From: an uncultured delta proteobacterium
GTDB taxonomy: Bacteria > Myxococcota_A > Polyangia > Palsa-1104
Reading direction: 5' to 3'
DNA length: 64,000 nt
Assembly (NCBI GenBank): GCA_963785725.1
Contig: CAWAWS010000003.1
Location: 384,001 to 448,000 of the forward strand
Both the position numbers and the translations under genes were made by a program. Below are positions 34,172 through 43,905 of the stretch, in pieces; positions within the stretch are counted from its first letter, which is position 1; each line of letters starts with the position of its first letter. The notes below the pieces were generated by a model. The model saw only the letters and a list, made by a program, of their open reading frames with translations. It searched no databases and had not been told where the DNA came from.

Positions 34172-34785
34172 TAGTTACCCGTCACCGAGCCGAACGTCGG
34201 CGTCGGATTCTTGGAGGTGCCGAGCACGACGCCGAGCGTGACGCCGGCGACCACGACGACGGCGGCGCCGCCGACCACGCCCCAAAACCAGGCGCGCCGC
34301 ACGAGCGGCTTGGGCGGCGGCGCCGTCACGACCACCATCGGCGTGGCCGCGGGGCTCGAAGCAGACGCCGCGCTAGCAGCTGACGGCTCGGACGATTCGG
34401 CATGTGGCAGCACCATCGTCGTCGGCGGAGCGTTCACCGAGCTCTTGTCGGCCTCGATCGAGCGGCGCAGATTGAGCACCAGCCGCGTGACGTCGTCGCG
34501 GTTCTCGATCTGCGCGCCGAAGACGTTGAGGTAGCTCTCGTAGAGCTGCAGCGCGCGCTCTTTGTGGCCGGCGAGACGATGCGCCTGGGCGGCGTTATAG
34601 AGCAGCGCCGCGTCGGGCTTGCGCTTGAAGGCGCTCTCGTATTCGACGGCCGCCAGGGCGTAGTCGCCGAGCGCGTAGGCCGACGTGCCGCGCTCGAAAT
34701 GCAGCTTGGCTTCGGCAGCGTCGCCTTCGGCGGCATGAGCAAACGCAGGAAGCAGGACCAAGGCGAGCACGCAGAGACTCTTCAC
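34171..34785 (-). CDS. Secreted TPR protein with C-terminal TM segment
   Basis: AHA-A signal; ALLYNAAQAHRL; PLVRRAWFW followed by a hydrophobic helix; TAATG overlap with the next gene. Confidence 0.87.
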   Translation of the reverse strand: MKSLCVLALVLLPAFAHAAEGDAAEAKLHFERGTSAYALGDYALAAVEYESAFKRKPDAALLYNAAQAHRLAGHKERALQLYESYLNVFGAQIENRDDVTRLVLNLRRSIEADKSSVNAPPTTMVLPHAESSEPSAASAASASSPAATPMVVVTAPPPKPLVRRAWFWGVVGGAAVVVVAGVTLGVVLGTSKNPTPTFGSVTGN

Positions 34786-35186
34786 GCGCGCGAGCCTATC
34801 ACGTCACGCCGGCCCACCAAGTTCGCGCGCGCCACGACGGCCGCGCGGCGATGACGGCGCAGGCGCTCGAGGATACTCTGCTGAAGAATACCTCTGCGTT
34901 GCGCACGCTGATTCGCAGCTCCCACTGACGGCGAGTGATCATTCCATTAAGTGCGAGTCTCGACGGAGCGTGCGGAGCGGATATGAATCACGCGCGATTG
35001 ATAGCGATTGCCCTTTTGTTGATGATGGCAAGAGCGGTAGCCGCGAAAGAGGCGGGAGCGCGTGTTACTGGACCGTCTCCTCTAACATCGAAGGTTGGCA
35101 GGCTACTGATAAACGCAGTTACAAGCGCGGACTCCAGCTGTGCAGGACAGACCTGAGCTCGCTTCTTAAGGCTCGGGCCGATGTCA

Positions 35187-36269
35187 TCAAGGGAGCGTCG
35201 TCTGAAAGCCCGATAGGCCGCTTGCGACTTCGTCGAGGAACGGTCGATAGCGCGCGTCACCATCGACGGTGAACTTGATCCACGAGACGGCATACTGTCC
35301 CGGAATCGTACCGGGCAGCAGCGCCGCCTGGTGAGTGCCGCCGGCGATCTCGACATACTCCTTGGAGATGCTCGCCGACATCGAGTTGTATTGCCGAAGG
35401 CCGTGCTGCGCCGGCGGCGCGGTCGTATCGTTCTGTCCCGTCAAGATGAGCGTCGGCGCCACGATGCTGGTGAAGTTGGTAATCGGGTCATAAGGATTGA
35501 AGCCGAGCGCCGCTTTGACATCGAGCGGATGGTCGTTCGCGATGCTGATCGACGCGCCGCCGCCCAGTGAATGGCCCGAGGTGACGATGCAATCGGAGAG
35601 CTTGCCCAAAAGTGGGCTGCCCGCACGCGTGTTCTCGCCTTTGATGGAGGCGATGGCCGCCCACAGGCCGTCTTCGCGCATGCCTTCGGTGTCGGTATCG
35701 GTGCTGTTGGCTTCGACGAACACGGCCACGTAACCGTACGACGCGAAGCGCTGCGCCCACGGCTGCAGATACAAGAGCACCTCCGTCAGCCCGGGCGAGA
35801 TCATGACGACGACGAAGGGACCGGTTCCGTTGGTCGGATAGAAGACCGTCAGGCTCTTGTACAGCGTCGAGGTGGGCAGCCCCGTCGAATAGGAGGTCAC
35901 TGCGAGCGGGCCGTCGTTGACGATCGAAGCCGCCGTCGGCGCCACGCTGTCGAGCGCGGCCCCGCATTTGCTGAGCCCCGTCGCGCCGCCGTCGACGGGA
36001 CCGCCGCCGCCGCTGTCGACGCTGCCGGCGTCGTTGGGCCCGCTCGATCCGCCAGCCGACCCGCCGCCGCCGGCCACGCCGCCACCGCCGCCGGCCACGC
36101 CGCCACCGCCGCCGCCCGTGCCGCCGCCACCGCCGTTTCCGCCGGTGCCTGGCGGCTGTGTTCCCGTGCCGCCGCCGCTCGGCATCTTGCCCACGTCTTG
36201 ATTCGCGCTCGAGCAGCCCACGACGATCGCCAGCAAGCCAAATGAGAGATAACCGCGAAACGACATCAT
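35187..36269 (-). CDS. Cutinase/PETase-like alpha/beta hydrolase lipoprotein
   Basis: VGC lipobox, Gly linker, SPGL, GHSLGGG, PTLILTGQNDTTAP, SKEYVEIAGGTH, WIKFTVDGDARYRPFL; RBS ggaggt. Confidence 0.87.
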   Translation of the reverse strand: MMSFRGYLSFGLLAIVVGCSSANQDVGKMPSGGGTGTQPPGTGGNGGGGGTGGGGGGVAGGGGGVAGGGGSAGGSSGPNDAGSVDSGGGGPVDGGATGLSKCGAALDSVAPTAASIVNDGPLAVTSYSTGLPTSTLYKSLTVFYPTNGTGPFVVVMISPGLTEVLLYLQPWAQRFASYGYVAVFVEANSTDTDTEGMREDGLWAAIASIKGENTRAGSPLLGKLSDCIVTSGHSLGGGASISIANDHPLDVKAALGFNPYDPITNFTSIVAPTLILTGQNDTTAPPAQHGLRQYNSMSASISKEYVEIAGGTHQAALLPGTIPGQYAVSWIKFTVDGDARYRPFLDEVASGLSGFQTTLP

Positions 36270-36953
36270 CAACCTCCGTGACGATAAACGTCGTGGATGA
36301 GCGCCATCGCGAGCGACCGCACTCACGACGCTCGGGATTCCTGCCGCCTTCGCGCGCTCGGGCCACAGCTGCCCGCGAGGGCATGCCCGCCGCGCGCGAG
36401 ACGTGCGAGCGGGTAACTGCAACCGACGCGCCGCAGCCGTCTGCCGTCCCAATGGCGGCGAAAACGCCCTGAATGCTCGTATCTATTCGCCGCTGCTGAC
36501 TGCAGGTTGCGGTTGCCAACGGCGAGTCCCAGGGCGTACCGCCGCGCTCTCGAGGCACGACGCCTCGTCGGCGCCAACGCGGCAGCGGCGTAGCGTGGCC
36601 GCTCTACGACCGACCGCGCAGTGTCCGCGCGCGCTGCTCTGCCCGCGGCCCGCCGCGCCGTTCTGCGAGCATAAGAAAGAGGAAATGCGACGTAACCCGC
36701 AGCGCGGTCATGGCGCGTCGCTGCAGCCACCTCTATAAAGGAACCGACTAGATTAGCGTCTGCTTCGGCGCTTGCAGCTTTCGATGCAATGAGACCGCGG
36801 AGCGACAGACAGCGTCATAGCGGCTGCGGTCCGCGCGCTGCGTCTGGCGCGCGGCAGCTTCGACGGCGGTCAGCGCGGGTTGGCGCGGCGCGACGATTTG
36901 CGCCGCGCGGCCGGCTCCAGCAAGATCGTGCCCATCCATTCTCCGAGGTGATC

Positions 36954-37349
36954 ATGAAACTTCCCGACGGATTCGTGGCGCTGATGCGCAAGCCCAGCCC
37001 CTGCTTCATCACGACGCTGATGCCCGACGGCTCGCCGCAGACGACCGAGACATGGGTCGACACCGACGGCGAGCACGTCATCATCAACACCGTGCAGACG
37101 CACTTGAAGACGAAGAACATCGCCCGCGACCCGCGCGTCGCCGTCGCCGTCTGCGACCCCGCCGACACGTCGCAGTACTATGCCATCCGCGGCCGCGTCA
37201 TCCACGTCACCACCGACGGCGGCGTCGAGCACATCGAGAAGCTGGCGCAGCGCTACACCGGCGCGCCCTACGCGTGGTACGGCGGCCGGGATCAAGTGCG
37301 CATCATCCTGACGATCGTCGCTGACCACATCCACAGCATGGCCCGCTGA
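36954..37349 (+). CDS. PPOX-class (F420-dependent) oxidoreductase
   Basis: TTLMPDGSPQTT, KTKNIARDPRVAV, LAQRYTG. Confidence 0.88.
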   Translation: MKLPDGFVALMRKPSPCFITTLMPDGSPQTTETWVDTDGEHVIINTVQTHLKTKNIARDPRVAVAVCDPADTSQYYAIRGRVIHVTTDGGVEHIEKLAQRYTGAPYAWYGGRDQVRIILTIVADHIHSMAR

Positions 37350-37527
37350 GCGACGGCGCCGACCGGCGAAGAGAATAGGCCGCTTCGCGCTCCATGGTGC
37401 CGAAGGCTTCGCGCGGTCCGAATGTCGCCAGCGATGTCACTCGCGACGCGCTCGACCTGGAGAACCGTCATTCTTTTGTTTAGTTTATTTTGTATTTCAG
37501 CTATCATTGACGGACTGCCCTAATCTG

Positions 37528-38556
37528 ATGAGAGTCCAACGAGCTGCCGGCGTTCTTCTCGTCCTCCTAGCTGCGACCGCCGTCGGGCGAGCGGAGCCGG
37601 TGACGCTTCGCATGGCGGCCATCGCGCCAGACGGCACGACGTGGGCTCACGAGATTCGGACCTTCTCGCGCGACGTCGAGACCGAGAGCCGCGGCGAGGT
37701 CCGGCTGAAGTGGTATCTCGGTGGCATCGCCGGCGACGAGCTCACGGCACTCGATCGCGTGCGCCACGGCCAGCTCGACGGCCTCGCCGGTGCCAGCTTC
37801 TGCGACCACCTCGCGCCGTCGATGAGCGTCATCCGCGTCGCGGGATTATTCGAGAGCCGCGACGAAGTGGCTTTTGTGCTCGGCCGACTCAAGCCGCTGC
37901 TCGACGAAGAGGCGCGTCGCGGCGGCTTTGCCAATCTGGCCGACAGCGTCTTCGGCGCCGATTTGATCTTCTCGCGGCGGCCGATTCGCACGATGGCGGA
38001 GCTGGCGGCAACGCGCTGGTGGATGTGGGATCAGTCGCCGGTCTGGCTGCATATGTTGGCGACGCTGCACTGGCAAGTCCAACCCGCGACGGTGGACGAT
38101 CTGGTGCCGCTCTACGACAAAGGCGCCGTCGACGGATTCATGGTGCCGCCGGGCGCGGCGCTCGCGTATCAGTGGTCGACGATGGCGGTCTATATGACGC
38201 CGCTCGAGACGGCGTGGCTTCCCGGCTGCGTGATGATCTCCAACGCGGCGATGGACCCCTTGCCGGTCGAGCAGCAGCGCGCGATCCGGAGCGCCGCGGC
38301 CAAATTTCGCGTGCGCTGGAATGACGCCACCGAGCAGCTCGACCACGCCCTCGTCGACGGTCTGTTCGAGAAGCAGGGGCTGCAACGCATCGCCGTGACG
38401 CCGCAGCTTCGGGCGGATTTCGCTGCCGCGATGAAGTTGGCGCGGGCGAAGCTGGAAGAAGCTCAAGTGCCGAGCGCGAGCCTGTCGCAGGTGGAGAAGC
38501 TGCTCGAGGAGTATCGCGCCAGCCGAAAGCAGAGCCGCGCGCCGACCCCGCATTGA
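37528..38556 (+). CDS. dctP: TRAP transporter substrate-binding protein (orphan)
   Basis: TLRMAAIAPDGTTW, KWYLGGIAGDE, GQLDG. Confidence 0.8.
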   Translation: MRVQRAAGVLLVLLAATAVGRAEPVTLRMAAIAPDGTTWAHEIRTFSRDVETESRGEVRLKWYLGGIAGDELTALDRVRHGQLDGLAGASFCDHLAPSMSVIRVAGLFESRDEVAFVLGRLKPLLDEEARRGGFANLADSVFGADLIFSRRPIRTMAELAATRWWMWDQSPVWLHMLATLHWQVQPATVDDLVPLYDKGAVDGFMVPPGAALAYQWSTMAVYMTPLETAWLPGCVMISNAAMDPLPVEQQRAIRSAAAKFRVRWNDATEQLDHALVDGLFEKQGLQRIAVTPQLRADFAAAMKLARAKLEEAQVPSASLSQVEKLLEEYRASRKQSRAPTPH

Positions 38557-38682
38557 GCAAACAAGCGCGTTCGATCGTGTCTTCAGGCTATCGCCAACAA
38601 TGTGACCCAGCTCTCAGGGCGTGGCGGTCTCCGTGGCGCGGGCGACGCCAGCTCGGCTATGCTGCGCGATGGAGGCACGATC

Positions 38683-40041
38683 GTGCGGATTGCATTGTTG
38701 CTGTTGCTGACGCCGGCGCTGGCGTTCGCGGAGTCGGCGAAGAGCGAGCTGCCGCCGGCGGCCGTATTCGCGCGGGTGGCGCCGTCGATGGTGGTGGTGG
38801 AGACCGTGCTCGCCGACGGCAAGAGCCAGGGCTCGGGCGTGGTCGTCGCGCCGCAGATCGTCGTCACCAACTATCATGTCATCGCCGGCAACATCGCCAT
38901 CAGCGTGCAGCAGGGCGAGCGCAAATGGCCAGCCAAGCTGGAGGCGTTCGATATCAAGCACGACCTGGCGCTGCTTCGGGTGAGCGAGATCGACCTGCCC
39001 CGCGTCTCGCTGCGTCCGTCGACGGCGGTGAACGTCGGCGAGCGGGTCTACGCCGTGGGAGCGCCACACGGGCTCGAGCTCAGCCTGTCAGACGGCCTCG
39101 TGGCAGCGCTGCGCAGCACGGACAGCAGCACGCCGCCCAAAACGGACGCGCCGTCACGCATTCAGACCACCGCGCCGGTCTCGCCGGGCTCGAGCGGTGG
39201 CGGCCTGTTCGATGCGCAAGGGCGCCTCATCGGCATCATCACCTTCACGTCGGTCGGCGGGCAGAACCTCAACTTCGCGCATCCGACCGAATGGATCAAC
39301 GAGCTGCGCGGCGTCACCGCCACCACCGCCACCGCACGTGCGCCGGCGCTGTACGGCGTCAGCAGTCGACCGGCCCGGCTCGGCTGCCGCATCGACACCA
39401 GCTCGGTCTGGGGACTCTTCAGCGGCGGCGCCGAGCTGCTGGTGTCGAAGCCGGTGCGCGACAGCTGGTACTTCGACCAATTGAAGAGCCAGACGCCGAG
39501 CTTTCACCGCGAGTCCGATCAGCAATTCGACTCCGAGGAGCTGGTGCTGGCCGACCTGAACCGGCCGGCTGGGTTCGTCAGCTTCGTGCCCGAGACGAGG
39601 CATACGAGCGATCGGATCTTCTTCTTCACCGTCGACGATGACGGCCGCTTCCGCATCACGTTCGTCGAACCGTTCGATTTCCACGGGCAGCTGCGCGTAC
39701 GCGCGACGTCTGGCGCCTGCGACGAGGTGACCGCGAACGACCCGCGCGTCGTCGCCTCCAACCTCGCGACGGCCGACGAACGCTGCGAGCACGGCGACCT
39801 CGAGGCGTGTGTGATGCGCGCCAAGGAGACCGAGGCGCGCGACCGCGTCCACGCGTTGCGGCTCTACATGCACGCCTGCGAGCTGGCGCATCCCGACACG
39901 GAGGCGCTCCGTCAAGCCGGCGCGCGCGCCTGCACCGAGGCCGGCCGCGTCTGCACCGCGCTCGGATACGCCGCTCGCGCCGAGGAGTACCAAAAGCGGG
40001 CGCGCGTGCTCTCCGCCGCCCCCGCGTCGCCCGCTCACTGA
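38683..40041 (+). CDS. Secreted trypsin-like (S1C) serine protease with C-terminal Sel1-like helices
   Basis: GSGVVV, TNYHV, DLALL, PGSSGGGL. Confidence 0.88.
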   Translation: MRIALLLLLTPALAFAESAKSELPPAAVFARVAPSMVVVETVLADGKSQGSGVVVAPQIVVTNYHVIAGNIAISVQQGERKWPAKLEAFDIKHDLALLRVSEIDLPRVSLRPSTAVNVGERVYAVGAPHGLELSLSDGLVAALRSTDSSTPPKTDAPSRIQTTAPVSPGSSGGGLFDAQGRLIGIITFTSVGGQNLNFAHPTEWINELRGVTATTATARAPALYGVSSRPARLGCRIDTSSVWGLFSGGAELLVSKPVRDSWYFDQLKSQTPSFHRESDQQFDSEELVLADLNRPAGFVSFVPETRHTSDRIFFFTVDDDGRFRITFVEPFDFHGQLRVRATSGACDEVTANDPRVVASNLATADERCEHGDLEACVMRAKETEARDRVHALRLYMHACELAHPDTEALRQAGARACTEAGRVCTALGYAARAEEYQKRARVLSAAPASPAH

Positions 40042-40232
40042 CGTCGCGCTGCTGCTCGGCGTGAGTCGGCAACGCAGCTTGCGGCTCGAAGGTGCCGCGC
40101 TGCGCCGCGACTGACGATCCCCGCGCTGCGTTGCTGCCGAGCTCATCTTCTACAGTGACCGTGTGACGAGTGGCGACCTGTTTTCGCGGAGGTCTGATTG
40201 ACACCCGCGCGCGTCGTCCGACAACGGTCGCC

Positions 40233-42338
40233 ATGCTCGAACATTCGCGCCGCGCGGTCACGGTCACGGTCATGCTCGTCGCCGGCGCCGCTTGTGCGCA
40301 GGAGAAGTTGCCGCGGCCGATCTCGTTGGCCGCGCCGCCGCGTGCGCTGGCCTTCGAACCGAACCGGGGCCAGCTCGATCCACGCGTTCGCTTCGCGGCG
40401 CGCGGCCCTGGCTACAGCGTCGCGCTGCAAAGCGACGGCGCCCTGCTCTTGACGATGCGCCATGTCGCCGGCAACGCGCAGACGATCGGGCTGCGTCCCG
40501 TCCGCGCCGGCGCCGCGCCGTCGGTGCGTGGCGTCGACCGCTTGCCCGGCGAGCGCGACTATTACGCCGGCCGCGATCCCGCGCGCTGGATTACGCACGT
40601 GCCCACCTTCGCGGGCGTCGGCTACGCGCACGTCTACCGCGACGTGCGCCTGGTCTATCGCGGTGCCGCGCGCGGCCTCGAATATGTCTTCGAAGCCGAG
40701 CCCGGGGCCGATGTGCGCGCCATCGAGCTCGCCGTCACCGGCGCGCGCGGCCTGCGCATCGACCAGCAGGGCGGCCTGCGCATCACGCTCGCCGACGGCA
40801 GCGAGCTGCGCCAGTCAGCGCCGGTGCTCTATCAGGAGATCGATGGCAAGCAGCGCATCGTCAGCGGCGGCTTCGACGTGCGGGCGCCCGATCGCATCGG
40901 CTTTCGCGTGGGCGCCTACGACCGCTCACGTCGCCTGGTCATCGATCCCGACCTCGAGCTGTCGACCTATCTCGGCGGCGCCGGCGGCGACTCCGGCGCC
41001 AAGGGCGTCCTCGACTGTGACGGCAATTTGTACCTGACCGGCTCGACCAGCAACGGCGACTTCCCCGGCTCGACCAGCAGCGCGCAAGGCGGCAACGTCT
41101 TCGTCACCAAGCTCGATCGCAACGACCGCCACGTCATCTTCACCGCCATCCTCGGCGCCGGCGGCGCGAGCGGCGGCGCCGCCATCGCGCTCGATCCCGA
41201 GGGCCGCATCTACGTCTCCGGCTCGACCAGCTCGACCCAGTATCCCGTCAGCGCCGGCGCCTACCAAACGAGCTTCAACGCCACGAGCGGCTTCGGCGAC
41301 GCCTTCTTCACGGTCTTACGACGCGACGGCGCCGGGCTGATCTATTCCACCTACCTCGGCGGCCAATTCGACAACGGCGCCGGCTCGCTCGCCGTCGCCT
41401 CCGATCATCACGTCTACCTATCGGGCGATACGGAATCCGACAACTTTCCGACCACGCCTGGCAGCTACGACCCACAGCCCATCAGTGTCGGCGATCCCCA
41501 TCATCAGGGCCCGCTGCGCGGCTGGATCGCCGAATTCGACCCATTCCGCTCCGGCGCCGCGTCGCTCCTCCATTCGTCTTACATCGGCGCCGTGCAGATC
41601 CGCATGCAAGGCATGGTGCTCGACGACGCTGGCCATCCGTACGCGCTCGGCAATCAGGACGGCACCCTCCTCGGCTTGAGCGGTGCGCCTTGTGGCGCGC
41701 CGGCCACGATCGGCGCCTTCGTGGTCGCCTTCGACCGATCGCTGTCGTCGATTCGCTCGCTCTCCTGCCTCGGCAACGCGAGGCTGGAGGCGAACGGTCT
41801 GGCCATCGACGGGGACGACCTGTTCGTCTCGGGAATCGCCGACAGTGACCCGTTTACGCTCACGCCCAACGCGCTGCAGACGGTGCCACCACCGAACGGC
41901 TCTTTCATCATGCGCTATGACATCAGCCACACGCTGCCCACGGTCGCGTATGCCAGCTATCTCGGCGGCACGGGCAGCGATTGGCCGATGGTCGTGGCCG
42001 GCGCCGGACATCACGAGGTCTGGCTGAGCGGATTCACCACTTCGACCGATTTTCCATTGGCGCGGCCCATCCAGGATCACCTCGGCGGCGGCGTCCAAGA
42101 CGCCTTCGTGACCTACTTGCGCGCCGACGGCTCGCCGCTGCTGTTTTCCAGCTATTTTGGCGGCAGCGGCAGCGAGTCCGGCGCAGGAATCGTCGTCGAC
42201 GGCAGCCGACGCGGCGCCGCCTTTATCATGGGCAACACGGACTCGAGCGACCTCGTCACCACGCCGGGCGCCATCCAGCCGACCTATGGCGGCAACGGCG
42301 ATGTCTTCCTGATCGAGATCACGCACGCCGGCCATTGA
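40233..42338 (+). CDS. SBBP repeat beta-propeller protein
   Basis: FEPNRGQ, LVIDP, STYLGG, G.T.S.DFP and DAF repeats. Confidence 0.88.
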   Translation: MLEHSRRAVTVTVMLVAGAACAQEKLPRPISLAAPPRALAFEPNRGQLDPRVRFAARGPGYSVALQSDGALLLTMRHVAGNAQTIGLRPVRAGAAPSVRGVDRLPGERDYYAGRDPARWITHVPTFAGVGYAHVYRDVRLVYRGAARGLEYVFEAEPGADVRAIELAVTGARGLRIDQQGGLRITLADGSELRQSAPVLYQEIDGKQRIVSGGFDVRAPDRIGFRVGAYDRSRRLVIDPDLELSTYLGGAGGDSGAKGVLDCDGNLYLTGSTSNGDFPGSTSSAQGGNVFVTKLDRNDRHVIFTAILGAGGASGGAAIALDPEGRIYVSGSTSSTQYPVSAGAYQTSFNATSGFGDAFFTVLRRDGAGLIYSTYLGGQFDNGAGSLAVASDHHVYLSGDTESDNFPTTPGSYDPQPISVGDPHHQGPLRGWIAEFDPFRSGAASLLHSSYIGAVQIRMQGMVLDDAGHPYALGNQDGTLLGLSGAPCGAPATIGAFVVAFDRSLSSIRSLSCLGNARLEANGLAIDGDDLFVSGIADSDPFTLTPNALQTVPPPNGSFIMRYDISHTLPTVAYASYLGGTGSDWPMVVAGAGHHEVWLSGFTTSTDFPLARPIQDHLGGGVQDAFVTYLRADGSPLLFSSYFGGSGSESGAGIVVDGSRRGAAFIMGNTDSSDLVTTPGAIQPTYGGNGDVFLIEITHAGH

Positions 42339-42458
42339 CGCCCATTCATTGGTCGGCTGGGCTGAGCTACGCCGGCGCCGAGTGCCTGCTTTGATTAGAA
42401 GCTCTCGATGAAATCGAAGAGGCCGAATGCGGAGTGTGACGTGCAGGATGCTGCTGAG

Positions 42459-42677
42459 CTAAAGGCCGTGTTTGAGCCTTAGCTGAGACTTGCCAACGTC
42501 CACGACGTATGTGTGATGTATTTTCTTGATGGAATCATCGTCGACATCAACCGACAGGACTGAATGGCCCGCCTTGGCAGGCCTCGGCTCCACTCGGTTG
42601 GCCATGTGCTTTGCGGGTTTTCCCACCGCGATGATCTTTCCTTGCTGGTCATACCAGACGAGAATGCGAGTCTTCAT
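42459..42677 (-). CDS. Small basic hypothetical protein (low GC)
   Basis: RBS ggaggag, 72 aa, 13 nt downstream of the partner gene. Confidence 0.75.
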   Translation of the reverse strand: MKTRILVWYDQQGKIIAVGKPAKHMANRVEPRPAKAGHSVLSVDVDDDSIKKIHHTYVVDVGKSQLRLKHGL

Positions 42678-42690
42678 GTTCTCCTCCGAT

Positions 42691-42999
42691 CTACGGGAAG
42701 TTTTCGATTGGTTCAAAGAGATTGATCAGGAAACCGGATAGGTCTTGAACATCCGGTCCTCCTTGCGACTGATTGGTAAACAAGAGCGTGTAGCCTACCG
42801 TGGCGTCGACATGCTCTCCGACGCCAACGAGCTGATAGGACAGAAATAGCTTTTCGCCCGTAAAGGAATTGGGACCGGTGGTGATGAGCTCGGGTTTCAG
42901 ATCGAAGCCAACGTAGGTTCCTTGGTCGTATCCGTGAATCCAAAGATTGATGGATTCGCCTGCGAGTATGTTGAAGCTGAAGACCTCTACTGCCGGCAT
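42691..42999 (-). CDS. Small beta-rich hypothetical protein (low GC)
   Basis: RBS aaggaggag, 102 aa. Confidence 0.75.
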   Translation of the reverse strand: MPAVEVFSFNILAGESINLWIHGYDQGTYVGFDLKPELITTGPNSFTGEKLFLSYQLVGVGEHVDATVGYTLLFTNQSQGGPDVQDLSGFLINLFEPIENFP

Positions 43000-43506
43000 G
43001 ACTCTCCTCCTTGGAAATGGCGTCCGAGAAGCAGACTCTGAAATGCGCGTCCGCCGTCGAGACGCGTGGCCAATGCGACAGTCTCAAATCAGCCGTTAAT
43101 GTCAACGCGGCATCTGCCTGAGGAGCAAGCGTTCAGTGGGCCGAGCGACTGCGCGAATCCTCGACTGCGACAATTTGCCGCACGCCATCGACCGACGGCA
43201 GTCTTGTGATCAATGCCACTGGCAGCTTACGCGGCGGTGCGCCGGCTGTCCGCCCAACTAAGCTCGACTCTTGAAATAACCAGAGTGGCCACTCGATGCC
43301 GCGGGGTATCGGCACGAATACCCACTCCAGCGACACAGCAATTTTACAAAAACAGCTGGGAGCGAACGTGACGTTCTTAAGACGAGTCTCGTCAATGGCA
43401 CTCGGGGCGCTGCGGAAGAAGATCGTGTCGCTCGACGAAGCCGGTGAGCTTCATCGACGGAAGAGCGCCCTCTCGCGAGCGCTATCCGCACCTGCTCACA
43501 TCGCAG

Positions 43507-43848
43507 TCACCGTCCGCGCAGCGTCGCGATGATCTCGACGATTTGCGCGCGACGCGCGCGCGCCTGCGCGATGTGCGCATCGAGCTCCGTGAGCTTGGCT
43601 TCCAGCCGCGCGCGAAGCCGCGCCTTGCGCCCTGCGTCTCTCGGCGATCGCAAAAAGACGTCGATGTCGCGCAGCGTAAAGCCGAGGCTGCGAGCGCGGT
43701 GAACGAAGCGGAGGATCTCCAGCGCACGCTCGTCGTAGTCGCGATAACCGTTATCGAGCCGCCTTGCAGAAATGATTCTACGCGCTTCGTAGAAGCGAAT
43801 CTTGGAGGTGGCAACTCCGACCTTCTTCGCCAGTTCACCAATGCGCAT
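43507..43848 (-). CDS. MerR family regulator
   Basis: MRIGELAKKVGV..IRFYE..NGYRDY..LGFTLRDI. Confidence 0.93.
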   Translation of the reverse strand: MRIGELAKKVGVATSKIRFYEARRIISARRLDNGYRDYDERALEILRFVHRARSLGFTLRDIDVFLRSPRDAGRKARLRARLEAKLTELDAHIAQARARRAQIVEIIATLRGR

Positions 43849-43851
43849 GGC

Positions 43852-43882
43852 TTGACCTTCAAGTTAGTTGAAGGTGTACGGT
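43852..43882 (+). promoter_or_regulatory. MerR-type promoter/operator
   Basis: TTGACC-19 bp-TACGGT with the dyad ACCTTCAA-gttag-TTGAAGGT in the spacer. Confidence 0.85.
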
Positions 43883-43905
43883 CAGATCAAGGAGCGCGAA
43901 CAACC

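Noticed and set aside
30015..34174. Long ORFs 30015..32984 (-) and 31634..34174 (+)
   Set aside because: Off-frame or antisense shadows of the FG-GAP and kelch genes, as expected at high GC.
34983..35186. Secreted-protein ORF MNHARLIAIALLL..
   Set aside because: A signal-like start that stops early or shifts frame; at best an unassignable remnant.
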